From NCBI GenBank assembly GCA_964016885.1, contig OZ024756.1:13082001-13146000 (forward strand): a DNA stretch of 64,000 bases, written 5' to 3'. The translations under genes and the position numbers were made by a program. Each line of letters begins with the position of its first letter. Within the stretch, counting starts at the first letter, position 1. The stretch comes from Eledone cirrhosa. Lineage: Eukaryota. The notes beneath the pieces are model-generated. The model searched no databases. It saw only the letters and a list, made by a program, of their open reading frames with translations, and was not told the origin of the DNA. This document shows, one piece after another, positions 50,501 through 61,689 of the stretch.

Positions 50501-51546
50501 TGCCTATGGTACTGTCAAGATATTGTCACCATATTTCACATGACACTGTCCATTGTACTGTCAAGATATTGTCACCATATTTCACATGATACTGTCTATG
50601 GTACTGTCAAGATATTGTGACCATATTTCACATGACACTGCCTATGGTAATGTCAAGATATTGTGACCATATTTCACATGACACTGCCTATGGTACTGTC
50701 AAGATATTGTGACCATATTTCACATGACACTGTCTATGGTACTGTCAAGATATTGTGACCATATTTCACATGACACTGCCTATGGTACTGTCAAGATATT
50801 GTGACCATATTTCACATGATACTGTCTATGGTACTGTCAAGATATTGTGACCATATTTCACATGACACTGCCTATGGTAACGTCAAGATATTGTGACCAT
50901 ATTTCACATGACACTGCCTATGGTACTGTCAAGATATTGTGACCATATTTCACATGACACTGTCTATGGTACTGTCAAGATATTGTGACCATATTTCACA
51001 TGACACTGCCTATGGTACTGTCAAGATATTGTGACCATATTTCACATGACACTGCCTATGGTACTGTCAAGATATTGTCACAATATTTCACATGACACTG
51101 TCTATGGTACTGTCAAGATATTGTGACCATATTTCACATGACACTGCCTATGGTACTGTCAAGATATTGTGACCATATTTCACATGACACTGCCTATGGT
51201 ACTGTCAAGATATTGTGACCATATTTCACATGACAATACCTAAGGTATTTTCAAGATATTGTCACTATATTTCACATGAAAGACACTGTCTATGGTTTTC
51301 AAATAATTTTATGGTTTTCAAATAATTTTTAAAATAATTTTGAGAATTGAGTGGAATCTAATAATATAACTTCCTCACTTTTAGTCTCGTGTTTGGAATT
51401 ATAAAATTATGATGGTAGGCTTTTAGAGGAATAGAAGCCACCTTTATCATTACCTTTATCACCGTCATCATCTTCATCGCTGTCACCATTATCATTATGG
51501 GATGGTAAGGGAGAAGCTGTAATAATTGTCTTTGATTATTTTCCAG

Positions 51547-51653
51547 AAAGATGAAGAGCTATGAAGAATCGCAGAAGTCTAAAAAAACTGTAGCATCGAT
51601 GATAGAGAATAGAAAAGAAGATAAGAAGAAAAAAGATGAAAAAAATACCAAAG
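51547..51653 (+). CDS. SRPRA: SRPRA coding exon 4 (charged linker)
   Basis: TTTTCCAG acceptor; (R)KMKSYEESQKSKKTVASMIENRKEDKKKKDEKNTK resembles the conserved M..F.ES.K.KK.V.SMIE motif; donor GTAGGA; phase 2-1. Confidence 0.92.
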
Positions 51654-51811
51654 GTAGGATCATCATCATCATCACCACCACTGTCACCACCACCATCACC
51701 ACTGCCACCATCATCACCACCACTGCCACCACCATCACCACTGCCATCATCATCACCACTGCCACCGCCACAACCACCACTGCCACTACCTTGATCACAC
51801 ACACATACAAA

Positions 51812-52146
51812 ATCCCCTTTCAGTCACGGATGACCATGGGATCTGCACCTTGAAAGTTCCCCTCCGAGGCACAAGTCCAAGCAAGGTGTGTTTTGTGGAA
51901 GACCAGCAGTCGCCCATGCATACCAGTCTCCCCCCTCTCCACGCCACTGATGTTGACCAAAGGAAAGGCAATGGTCGACACAGCTTGGCACCAGTGACAT
52001 CACAACTCATTTCTACAGCTGAGTGGACTGGAGCAACGGGAAATGAAAAGTCTTGCTCAAGAACACAACACAAAGCCCGGTCCGAGAATGTAACTCACAA
52101 CCTCGCGATTGTAAGCCTGATGATCTACCAACTAAACCATGAGCCT
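51812..52146 (-). mobile_element. tRNA-derived SINE (CORE-like middle, different tail)
   Basis: Reverse complement has TGGTTTAGTTGG, GAGTTACATTC, CTTGAGCAAGACTTT and a CCCATGGTCATCCGTGACTGAAAGGGG tail. Confidence 0.75.
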
Positions 52147-52179
52147 TCACTCATACACGCATACATATATCTACATACA

Positions 52180-52900
52180 TACTATCATGTGTGTGTGTGT
52201 GTGTGTGTGTGTTATCGCCACTACCACAACTACACACACACACATATATAAACATACTTCTGTCTATCAAGTATGTGTGTATGTGATCATCACCACCACC
52301 ATCATGCTAATCACACGCACACACACATATATGGTAGACAGTGTGTGTGTGTGTGTGTGTGTGTGTGATCACCACCACCACCATGATAATCACACATACA
52401 CACACACACACATATATATGGTAGACAGTATGAGTGTGTGTGTGTGTATGTGATTATCATTACCACCACCACCACCATGATAATCACACATACACACACA
52501 TATATGGTAGACAGTATGAGTGTGTGTATGTGTGTGTGATCACCACCACCACCATCATGATAATCACACATACACACATATATATGGTAGACAGTATGAG
52601 TGTGTGTGTGTGTATGTGTGTGTGATTATCACTACCACCGCCACCATGATAATCACATACACACACATATATATGGTAGGCAGTATGAGTGTGTGTATGT
52701 GTGTGTCATCACCACCACCACCACCATGATAATCACATACATACACACATATATGGTAGACAGTATGAGTGTGTGTGTGTGTGTGTGTGATCACCATCAC
52801 CACCATCATGATAATCGCATACACACACATATATGGTAGACAGTATGAGTGTGTGTGTATGTGTGTGTGTATGTGTGTGTGATTATCACTTCCATGGCTA
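52180..52900. repeat. Compound microsatellite-based tandem repeat (~70-80-bp unit: (TG)n-(CAC)n-(CA)n-ATGGTAGACAGTATGAG)
   Basis: Visible tandem units. Confidence 0.85.
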
Positions 52901-53002
52901 CCACCTTGATCTCACGCATACTGTCTGCCATGTGTGTTTACATAAATCTGTGTCTAAGAAATGGATATTTTAGCCTTTTTTTTTTTTTTTGTTTTGTTTT
53001 AG

Positions 53003-53162
53003 TCCGTCCTAGTGAGGTAACATTTAAATTAGCGACAACACCTGTGAAGGAGGAGCTACCTGTAACGAAGGAGGCACCTGGAATGTTGGATGAAGAAACT
53101 ATACGAAAGAATATTGAGAAGAAATTCAAGAAAAAACCTACAAAGCCACAGCAAGATGTTAG
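53003..53162 (+). CDS. SRPRA: SRPRA coding exon 5 (linker)
   Basis: Long T tract plus AG; VRPSEVTFKLATTPVKEELPVTKEAPGMLDEETIRKNIEKKFKKKPTKPQQDV; donor GTTAGT; phase 1-2 fits both neighbours. Confidence 0.88.
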
Positions 53163-53214
53163 GTTAGTGTCTGTTTTTTGTTTAGTGAGATTTGCTAGAA
53201 CAGTTCCTTGGCCT

Positions 53215-54125
53215 CACATCATCATCATCATCATACATCCATTTTCTACGCTAGCATGGGTTAGACGAGTTGTCCTGTTGTGGGCAATGCTAGGTCAGGC
53301 GACCATGTGTTGCTCATACAGGGCCGATTCTGGCTTGGTTTCTACAGCTGGATGCCCTTCCTAACACCATTTACAGTGAGTGTTGGGTGCTTTTTGTTGT
53401 GACACACCTACACGACCACTTTACAGTGTGGACTGGGTGCTTTTTGTCGTGACACACCTACACGACCACTTTACAGTGTGGACTGGGTGCTTTTTGTCGT
53501 GACACCTATACGACCACTTTACAGTGTGGACTGGGTGCTTTTTGTCATGACACCTACACAACCACTTTACAGTGTGGACTGGGTGCTTTTTGTTGTGACA
53601 CCTATACGACCACTTTACAGTGTGGACTGGGTGCTTTTTGTCGTGACACCTACACAACCACTTTACAGTGTGGATTGGGTGCTTTTTGTTGTGACACCTA
53701 CACGACCACTTTACAGTGTGGACTGGGTGCTTTTTATTGTGACACCTACACGACCACTTTACAGTGTGGACTGGGTGCTTTTTGTTGTGACACCTATACG
53801 ACCACTTTACAGTGTGGACTGGGTGCTTTTTGTCGTGACACCTACACAACCACTTTACAGTGTGGATTGGGTGCTTTTGGTTGTGACACCTACACGACCA
53901 CTTTACAGTGTGGACTGGGTGCTTTTTGTTGTGACACCTACACGACCACTTTACAGTGTGGACTGGGTGCTTTTTATTGTGACACCTACACGACCACTTT
54001 ACAGTGTGGAGGGGTGCTTTTTGTTGTGACACCTACACGACCACTTTACAGTGTGGACTGGGTGCTTTTGGTTGTGACACCTACACGACCACTTTACAGT
54101 GTGGACTGGGTGCTTTTTGTTGTCA
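53215..54125 (-). repeat. Minus-strand RTE/SINE tail with a 48-bp minisatellite (~15 copies)
   Basis: Reverse complement of the unit seen at 20530-21060. Confidence 0.9.
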
Positions 54126-54649
54126 CAAATGGAAAAAACCACAGATGGATAGAATGTTGAGTTGGATGTTGGGAATGGTGTGATGGTCTGAAGATGGAAG
54201 GTGTGAAAACGTTTTGTTACCTAGGAGACATTGTTGGGTTTTATTATAAAAGTCTCTACATTTGGCACAAGGCCAGCAGTTTGTGGGGAGGGGAAAGTAG
54301 ATTAAATCGACCCCAGTTTGTTATCTGGTGCATTATTTTATCGATCCCGTAAAGGATGAAAGGCAAAGTTAACCTCAGTTGGATTTGAAGTCAGAATGTA
54401 AAGGGACTTAACTGTGTCGCGAAGCAGGCTGTCAGACACTCTACCGATTCTGCCATTCTACTGCCCTATTGCATTTTATTATAATAAATACACACACACA
54501 CACACATATATATATAGTTCAAAGGTTCAGCAATCCACAGCCTGGTTAATCCATGGGTGAAGAGTTCCAAGGTTCCTGGAAGCGTGATACTAATAAGACT
54601 TGGTGTTTTTGCATTCCTGTTTTTGTGTCATTTCTTTAAGTATATACAT

Positions 54650-54704
<55 letters not shown>

Positions 54705-54707
<3 letters not shown>

Positions 54708-54930
54708 CGACAGTCGATCGACTTTCGTCAAATCGGACCGAGGAAACAATGTTTCCGTTGGTCTTTCCAATTGCTAATACTATCTATCGGTCGCAACTCC
54801 AGGTAGAAGGAGCAACGTGAAATAAAGTGTCTTGCTCAAGGACATAACGCATCGTCCGGTCCGGGAATCGAACTCACAACCTCACGATTAGGAATCCAAT
54901 TCTCTAACCACTCGGCCACACGCCTTCACA
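54705..54930 (-). mobile_element. tRNA-derived SINE (family of 57158-57373)
   Basis: Reverse complement: TGGCCGAGTGGTTAGAGAATTGG...GAGTTCGATTCCCGGACC...GGAAACATTGTTTCCTCGGTCCGATTTGACGAAAGTCGA. Confidence 0.8.
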
Positions 54931-55336
54931 CGCATATATATATATATATATAGGCCGAAACAAATGAGATTGTGTAGGTGTCACGACAAAAAACACACAG
55001 TCCACGCTGTAAATGTGGCCGTGTAGGCAACACGGTAAAAACCTCCCAGCCCCACACTGTAAATGTGGTTGGTGTTAGGAAGGGCATCCAGCTGTAGAAA
55101 ACCCGCCAGACAGTCCACGCTGTAATGTGGCCGTGTAGGCAACACGGTAAAAACCTCCCAGCCCCACACTGTAAATGTGGTTGGTGTTAGGAAGGGCATC
55201 CAACTGTAGAAAACCCGCCAGACAGTCCTATGCGAGCAAGACAACCACTCTTGCCTCAAGTGGGAAAACCCCCGTCCAAACCCATGCAAGCGTGGAACAC
55301 GGACGCTAAACCTGATGATGATGATGATGATGATGA

Positions 55337-55382
<46 letters not shown>

Positions 55383-55564
55383 CATTTAAAGTTATAGATT
55401 CATGTTTGAGATAATCTCAAACATGCGTCTTATCACCCAAGAATAAGCTGAAAGAAAAATTCACGGAATAGGTATCTATATCTTAAAGTTTTTGTTAACT
55501 TTTAATATGATACTGTAATGAACCATGAGTTCTTACATTCTATACAGATTATATCCTGTTTATA

Positions 55565-55648
<84 letters not shown>

Positions 55649-55650
55649 GA

Positions 55651-56000
55651 TGGAGGCACATGGCTTAGTGGTTAGAGCATTGGCCTTGCAATCGAAAGGT
55701 TGTGAGTTCAATTCTCAGACCGGGTGATGTGTTGTTTCCTTGAGCAAGACACTTTATTTCACATTGCTCCAGTTTCCTCAGCTGTAGAAATGAGATGATA
55801 GGACTGGGGTCCATATTATTCCACTGCAAAGTGGTCGTGGAGGTGCCACGGCAAAAAACCACCCAGCACTCACTGTAAATGAGGTTGGTGTTAGGAAGGG
55901 CATCCAGCTGTAGAAATCAAGCCAGAATCAGCTCCCGTCCCACCCTTGCAAGCAGGGAAAAAGCGGACGTAAAATGAAATGATGATGATGAAATGATGAT
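55651..56000 (+). mobile_element. tRNA-derived SINE (family of 30471/38268)
   Basis: Nearly identical to 38268-38608. Confidence 0.88.
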
Positions 56001-56315
56001 ATATATATATATGTGTGTAAATAAATAAAAACAAAAATAAACATGAAGTACATAAAATTAACTTCGTTTATTCTTAGTTGCTGTTATATATATTCCGTTG
56101 ATAACTGCTATGCAACAGCTATGACCTCATCAGGCAGCTAGAATTTAAATAGAAAGAAACAGGTAAACATAAAGATGAAATAAAGCTTGATTTGATTCAT
56201 TGATATGCTCCGTGCTGAAATTTGGTGTTGTTTTCTCAAGGCTCCAGTAGCTACCGGATATGTTCTGGGCTTAAATTTGGTGTTGCTTATATATATTTAT
56301 TCTGTCGTTAAACAG

Positions 56316-56481
56316 CAAAAGTCCAGAAGATAAGAAAAAGAAAGGCAAAGTGGCACGCAAATGGGACAATTGCGTGAGCAAAACTGATGCTCAAAGTCTT
56401 GATTTTAGTTCCAAAAATGGTCCAGTGAATGGGGAGATAACCGATGCTGATATTGTGAAAAACCTCACATCCCACGATTTG
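56316..56481 (+). CDS. SRPRA: SRPRA coding exon 6
   Basis: AACAG acceptor; (S)KSPEDKKKKGKVARKWDNCVSKTDAQSLDFS... contains the conserved K..R.W and LD(Y/F)S linker motifs; donor GTAAGT; phase 2-0. Confidence 0.92.
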
Positions 56482-56619
56482 GTAAGTCTATTTGTTTGTT
56501 GTTTCAGTCATTGGAACACAGATAATGCTGTGGCATTCATTATCTAGTTATAGTTAAATATATCAACTGCAGTAGTTGGTCTTCCTCCTCAACCTGAGAC
56601 ATGGTTAAGTTAGCCTGTG

Positions 56620-57100
56620 TGTGTGCAAAGACATAACTATGCTGGCAGGAAGTAAGCGCAAGGGGAGACCCAAGAAGACCTGGGATGAGGTGATAAAAGC
56701 CGACCTTACCCAATTGCACCTCTCAAAGGTGCTGACACAGGACCGTGACCTCTGCCGTCACGCAGTAATACAGAAGACCTGACCTCCCACGGGTACAAGC
56801 CGAAGATGAAGCATATAGACAGTATGTCCCCATCCACTCCCACTGTAAAGTGGTCGTGTAGTCGCCACGTAAAAAAAGCACCCAGTCCACACTGTAAAGT
56901 GGTTGTGTAGTCGCCACGTAAAAAAGCACCCAGTACTCACTGTAAATGAGGTTGGTGTTAGGAAGGGCATCCTGCTGTAGAAAACCTGCCAGATAGTCGT
57001 ATATGAGTGAGACATGGTCAGCAGACGGGGCACTGCCCACAACAGGACAACCCGTCTAACTAGCATGGAAGAATGGACATAAAATGGTGATGATGATGAT
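56620..57100 (+). mobile_element. RTE LINE 3' end with 3' UTR and (GAT)n tail
   Basis: GRPKKTWDEVIKADLTQLHLSKVLTQDRDLCRHAVIQKT, similar to 232-432; the UTR contains two copies of the 48-bp unit. Confidence 0.8.
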
Positions 57101-57157
57101 ATTTCCTTATGATGCACTGATTTTTGCTTCTACCCCTTGTTGGCATATATATAGTAG

Positions 57158-57373
57158 TGGAGACACGTGGCGGAGTGGTTAGAGAATTGGATTTGCAATC
57201 GTGAAGTTGTGAGTTCGATTCCTGGACCAGGCGATGTGTTATGTCCTTGAGCAAGACACGTTATTTCACATTGCTTCTTCTGCCTGGAGTTGCGACCAGT
57301 AGATAGTATTAGCAATTTGAAAGACCAACGGAAACATTGTTTCCTCGGTCCGATTTGACGAAAGTCGATTGAC
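57158..57373 (+). mobile_element. tRNA-derived SINE
   Basis: TGGCGGAGTGG A box and GAGTTCGATTCC B box; inverted relative to 54705-54930. Confidence 0.8.
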
Positions 57374-57744
57374 TAATGATAGTAGTGTAGTTAATACAAA
57401 GCATTGTGAGATATGTAATAAAAGACCAATAATTTTCAGAAAACCATGGGGTAGAAAAATATGATGACAAATAAAACAAAACTAAGTAATGTTTTACCCA
57501 TGTAAAAGTAACAACAAAACAAACGTCACAGTACATGGAAGAAATATATTAGTTTAACGCTTGAAATAGCAGGAAGAGAGTCTTAATGTTTCGGACGCTA
57601 GTCCTTCATCAGAAGATAGAGTTGGAAATGGAAAATAAAATAGAAAGTAAAGAGTGGTGAGAGGAAGGAACGGGGAAAATAAGAAAAAAAAAGTGGGGAG
57701 TAAAAAAACACGTGTGTATTGAGTTGGCCATGTGTGTGTGTGTG

Positions 57745-59210
57745 ATAAGGATGGTGATGGCAGTGACAACAATGATGATGATCTTGATGATGGTAATGAC
57801 AGTGACAATGATGGTGGTGGTGGCAGTGATGAGGATGGTGGTGGTGGCAGGGTCAGTGAGAGGATGGTGGTGGTGGCAGTGATGAGCGTGGTGGTGGTGG
57901 CAGTGATGAGGGTGGTGGTGGTGGCAGTGATGAGGGTGGTGGTGGTGGCAGTGATGAGGGTGGTGGTGGTGGCAGGGTCGGTGAGAGGATGGTGGTGGTG
58001 GCAGTGATGAGGGTGGTGGTGGTGGCAGGGTCAGTGAGAGGATGGTGGTGGTGGCAGTGATGAGGGTGGTGGTGGTGGCAGGGTCAGTGAGAGGATGGTG
58101 GTGGTGGCAGTGATGAGGATGGTGGTGGTGGCAGTGATGAGGATGGTGGTGGTGGCAGGGTCGGTGAGAGGATGGTGGTGGTGGCAGTGATGAGGGTGGT
58201 GGTGGTGGCAGTGATGAGGGTGGTGGTGGTGGCAGTGATGAGGATGGTGGTGGTGGTGGCAGTGATGAGGGTGGTGGTGGTGGCAGGGTCGGTGAGAGGA
58301 TGGTGGTGGTGGTGGCAGTGATGAGGATGGTGGTGGTGGCAGTGATGAGGATGGTGGTGGTGGCAGTGATGAGGGTGGTGGTGGTGGCAGTGATGAGGGT
58401 GGTGGTGGTGGCAGGGTCGGTGAGAGGATGGTGGTGGTGGCAGTGATGAGGATGGTGGTGGTGGCAGTGATGAGGGTGGTGGTGGTGGCAGGGTCAGTGA
58501 TAACAGTGATGGTGATGAGGATGGTGGTGGTGGTGGCAGGGTCAGTGATGGTGGTGGTGGTGGTGGTGGTGGCAGAGTCAGTGATGAGTGATGGTGATGA
58601 GGATGGTGGTGGTGGTGGTGGCAGGGTCAGTGATGGTGATGAGGATGGTGGTGGTGGTGGTGGTGGCAGGGTCAGTGATGACAGTGATGGTGATGGTGAT
58701 GAGGATGGTGGTGGTGGTGGTGGTGGCAGGGTCAGTGATGGTGATGAGGATGGTGGTGGTGGTGGTGGCAGGGTCAGTGATGACAGTGATGGTGATGGTG
58801 ATGAGGATGGTGGTGGTGGTGGTGGTGGCAGGGTCAGTGATGGTGGTGGTGGTGGTGGTGGTGGTGGTGGCAGTGGTGGCAGAGTCAGTGATGGTGATGA
58901 GGATGGTGGTGGTGGCAGGGTCAGTGATGGTGGTGGTGGTGGTGGTGGTGGTGGTGGCAGAGTCAGTGATGAGTGATGAGTGATGGTGATGGTGGTGGTG
59001 GTTGTGGCAGGGTCAGTGATGACAGTGATGGTGGTGGTGGTTGTGGCAGGGTCAGTGATGACAGTGATGGTGATGGTGGTGGTGGTTGTGGCAGGGTCAG
59101 TGATGACAGTGATGGTGGTGGTGGTGGTGGAAGGGTCAGTGATGACAGTGATGGTGATGGTGGTGGTGGTTGTGGCAGGGTCAGTGATGACAGTGATGGT
59201 GGTGGTGATT
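57745..59210. repeat. Degenerate (GGT/GAT)n-based G-rich tandem repeat
   Basis: Units such as GGTGGTGGTGGCAGTGATGAGGAT and GGCAGGGTCAGTGA. Confidence 0.9.
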
Positions 59211-59258
59211 GCCATAACAGAATGAAGTGAATTAATGTCCTCTTTCTTTCATCTTCAG

Positions 59259-59383
59259 AACATGAAAGGACAGATGATGGGTGACTTGAAAGATATGGAG
59301 CCAGAGACTAGCAGTGAAGAGGAGGGTGAAGATGAAGACGACGAAGAAGAGGAAGAAATTGTAGAGAAGCCAAGTAAGAAAAG
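59259..59383 (+). CDS. SRPRA: SRPRA coding exon 7 (acidic linker)
   Basis: TCTTCAG acceptor; NMKGQMMGDLKDMEPETSSEEEGEDEDDEEEEEIVEKPSKK; donor AG|GTCAGT; phase 0-2. Confidence 0.9.
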
Positions 59384-59422
59384 GTCAGTTGTTGTTGTTG
59401 TTGTTGTTGTTGTGTTTGGTGG

Positions 59423-60542
59423 GTGGCAGGGGTTAGCAGGGACAGCATGGAGTTTAGTGAGGAATTCCAGATACAAGTTGGAGTACATCAGGGTTCGGTC
59501 CTCAGCCCGCTCTTGTTCATTATAGTTCTCCAAGCCATAGTAAAGGAGTTTAAGATGGGCTGCCCATGGAAACTTCTCTATGCTGACGATTTGGTACTTA
59601 TAGCAGAATCAGTAGAGGAGCTAGAGAATAAATTCTGGCTATGGAAACAGCAGTTGGAAGCAAGAGGACTGAGAGTGAACCTAGCTAAGACTAAAGTGTT
59701 GATGAGTAGAAAAGAGGACAAAACTCTGATTCCATCAGGGAAATGGCCATGTTCGATATGCAGAAAAGGAACTGGCATAAATTTTATAAAATGTACACAA
59801 TGCAGACCTTGGGTACACAAGAGATGTAGTGGGATAGCAGGCAAACTAACAGGTAGGGAGAAATACGTATGCAGTAGATGTACAGGGAAATTAGACAGTA
59901 GAAGTCGCACTGATAGACATATTTTTCAAATGCAGGCGGGTGTTATAGAAGTGTTGGATAGCTTCCGGTACCAAGGAGATCAGATTAGCATGGGAGGAGG
60001 GTGTTCCGAGGCCATAGTATCTAGAATAAGGACGGGTTGGAAGAAGTTTAGGGAGCTGCTTCCTCTGTTGACGAAGAAGGGTTTCTCCCTGAGTACGAAA
60101 GGCTGGTTATATGATGCCTGTGTGAGGAGCGCGATGCTGCATGGTAGCGAGACTTGGGCAGCAACTGCAGAGGATATGCGACGGCCGGATGTGCAATGTC
60201 AATGTGCATGGACAACCCAGCATGGATGTGTTGAGAGAGAAACTGTGTCTGAGAGAGATAGAATGTAGTGTGTGAGAGAGGAGACTGCGGTGGTATGGAC
60301 ATGTGATGCGCATGGAGGATGACCGATGGGTGAAGAAGTGCCAGGAAATGTCAGTTGAAGGAAGACGTGGTAGAGGTAGACCACGAAAATCATGGGCGGA
60401 GGTGGTGAGAGCAGACCTCAGATCGCTGAAGCTCACGGTGGAGATGACGAAGGGCCGTGACAAGTGGGGAGATGCTGTGCTGAATAAGACCCGTTCCACC
60501 CCTGCAAGCAGGGAAAAGCGGACGTAAAATGATGATGATGAT
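59423..60542 (+). mobile_element. 5'-truncated RTE-clade LINE (RT with embedded PHD-like finger, C-terminus, (GAT)n tail)
   Basis: GVHQGSVLSPLLF, LLYADDLV, MLHGSETWA, GRGRPRKSW; tail GGGAAAAGCGGACGTAAAATGATGATG. Confidence 0.92.
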
Positions 60543-61195
60543 AATATATATATATATATATATACACACATATGTATATATATATATATATATGCACATA
60601 TGTATGCACATATATATATATACACATATGTATACTATAAAGTATGTCCATAGAATCATTTGATAATATATATACACCATTTCCTCTCCCAATTAGCATA
60701 ATTAACCACACAAAAAAAAATCAATTAGACCAGGCTATAAGATTAAAAGGCACCTATGAAGAAATAATAGATAAATAAACGACAGCAATCTCTTCGCGGC
60801 CAACCGCCATAGAATATTTACCCAACATTTCAACAGCACGTGGAAATCGATTAAATATACCGTCAACCATACACAATAGGTATAAAATTAAAGTTAGAAG
60901 AAATGCTTATACACATACCAGGATTATGTCCCTACCCTCGGGTTTCGTTCGCATTTTGATATATCCTATTAAGGATAAAATTGACTTTGTCTAGTTTGTG
61001 TATATGTAAATCTTTATATATATATATATACAGTATTTACGTATCGAGAAAGAGAAAAAAAGGGGAGGATAGGTGATACATATAGTTATTTGCCAAGTAG
61101 CGTATGCCAAAGGTGCTCGATACTAGTGCCGGCAGTATTAAATATTCGAAGTGTTAATATTTAGCGGGCTAGAGAGTTAGCAGAGCGTAAGCACT

Positions 61196-61372
61196 TGGGA
61201 AAGTAAAAAATCAGAGAATAGACCGTTAAAACATATTTATTTAAAACAGCACCTACGTACGTTTCGCCCAGTTGGGTTTCTCAAGGGCATAAATAATCTT
61301 GAGAAGCCCAACTGGGCGAAACGTACATAGGTGCTGTTTTAACGGTCTATTCTCCGATTTTTTACTTTCCCA
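61196..61372. repeat. Long inverted repeat (~75-bp arms), probably an inverted Penelope-like terminal repeat fragment
   Basis: TGGGAAAGTAAAAAATC...TTTCTCAAG / CTTGAGAAG...GATTTTTTACTTTCCCA with a 12-nt loop and a ~15-nt bulge in the left arm. Confidence 0.85.
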
Positions 61373-61421
61373 CGTATATATATATATATATATATATATA
61401 CTCTACCTTCCTTTCTTTCAG

Positions 61422-61549
61422 TACTACATCGAAGTCCAAAAGTAGTGGTTTTGGAATGTTTTCCATGTTCAAGAAGTTGGTTGGTTCTAAAACTTTAACC
61501 ATGGAAGATATCCAACCTGTTGTGGAGAAGATGAAAGACCATTTAATTG
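61422..61549 (+). CDS. SRPRA: SRPRA coding exon 8 (start of the N domain); the gene continues past the window
   Basis: TTTCAG acceptor; (S)TTSKSKSSGFGMFSMFKKLVGSKTLTMEDIQPVVEKMKDHLI matches the conserved GMF.M.K.LVGSK.L..ED...V..KM.DHLI; donor GTAAGT. Confidence 0.95.
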
Positions 61550-61689
61550 GTAAGTTCCTTCAGCCCCTGCCAGGAATTGAACCCTGTATCTAACATAGTC
61601 TGGCTTCTCTACATTACTAATTCTTACAACTCACTAATCCTTTCATTACTCTTGGTTTCTATTAACAAAGGCTTTGTCATTGATTTATA

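Larger units (their letters stand above)
36079..51300. repeat. Macrosatellite in SRPRA intron 3: nine full units of ~1.25-1.85 kb plus a partial tenth, each with a variable 46-bp minisatellite, a unique block and a (CAT/CAC)n tract; includes a 2953-bp higher-order repeat
   Basis: Marker GTGACAGAAGTCTT recurs 10 times (~36120, 37718, 39558, 40809, 42511, 43762, 45163, 46630, 48381, 50178). Identical ORF-track entries are offset by 2953 (38282/41235, 39038/41991, 40471/43424). Confidence 0.95.

Noticed and set aside
57732-59230. Pro/Thr-rich and Gly/Asp-rich long ORFs (extensin- or mucin-like)
   Set aside because: Degenerate GGT/GAT repeat open in several frames on both strands, lying within an SRPRA intron.
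59374-59379. Alternative donor GTAAGA inside exon 7
   Set aside because: It would leave phase 1, incompatible with exon 8, which needs phase 2; the AG|GTCAGT donor at 59384 keeps the frame.
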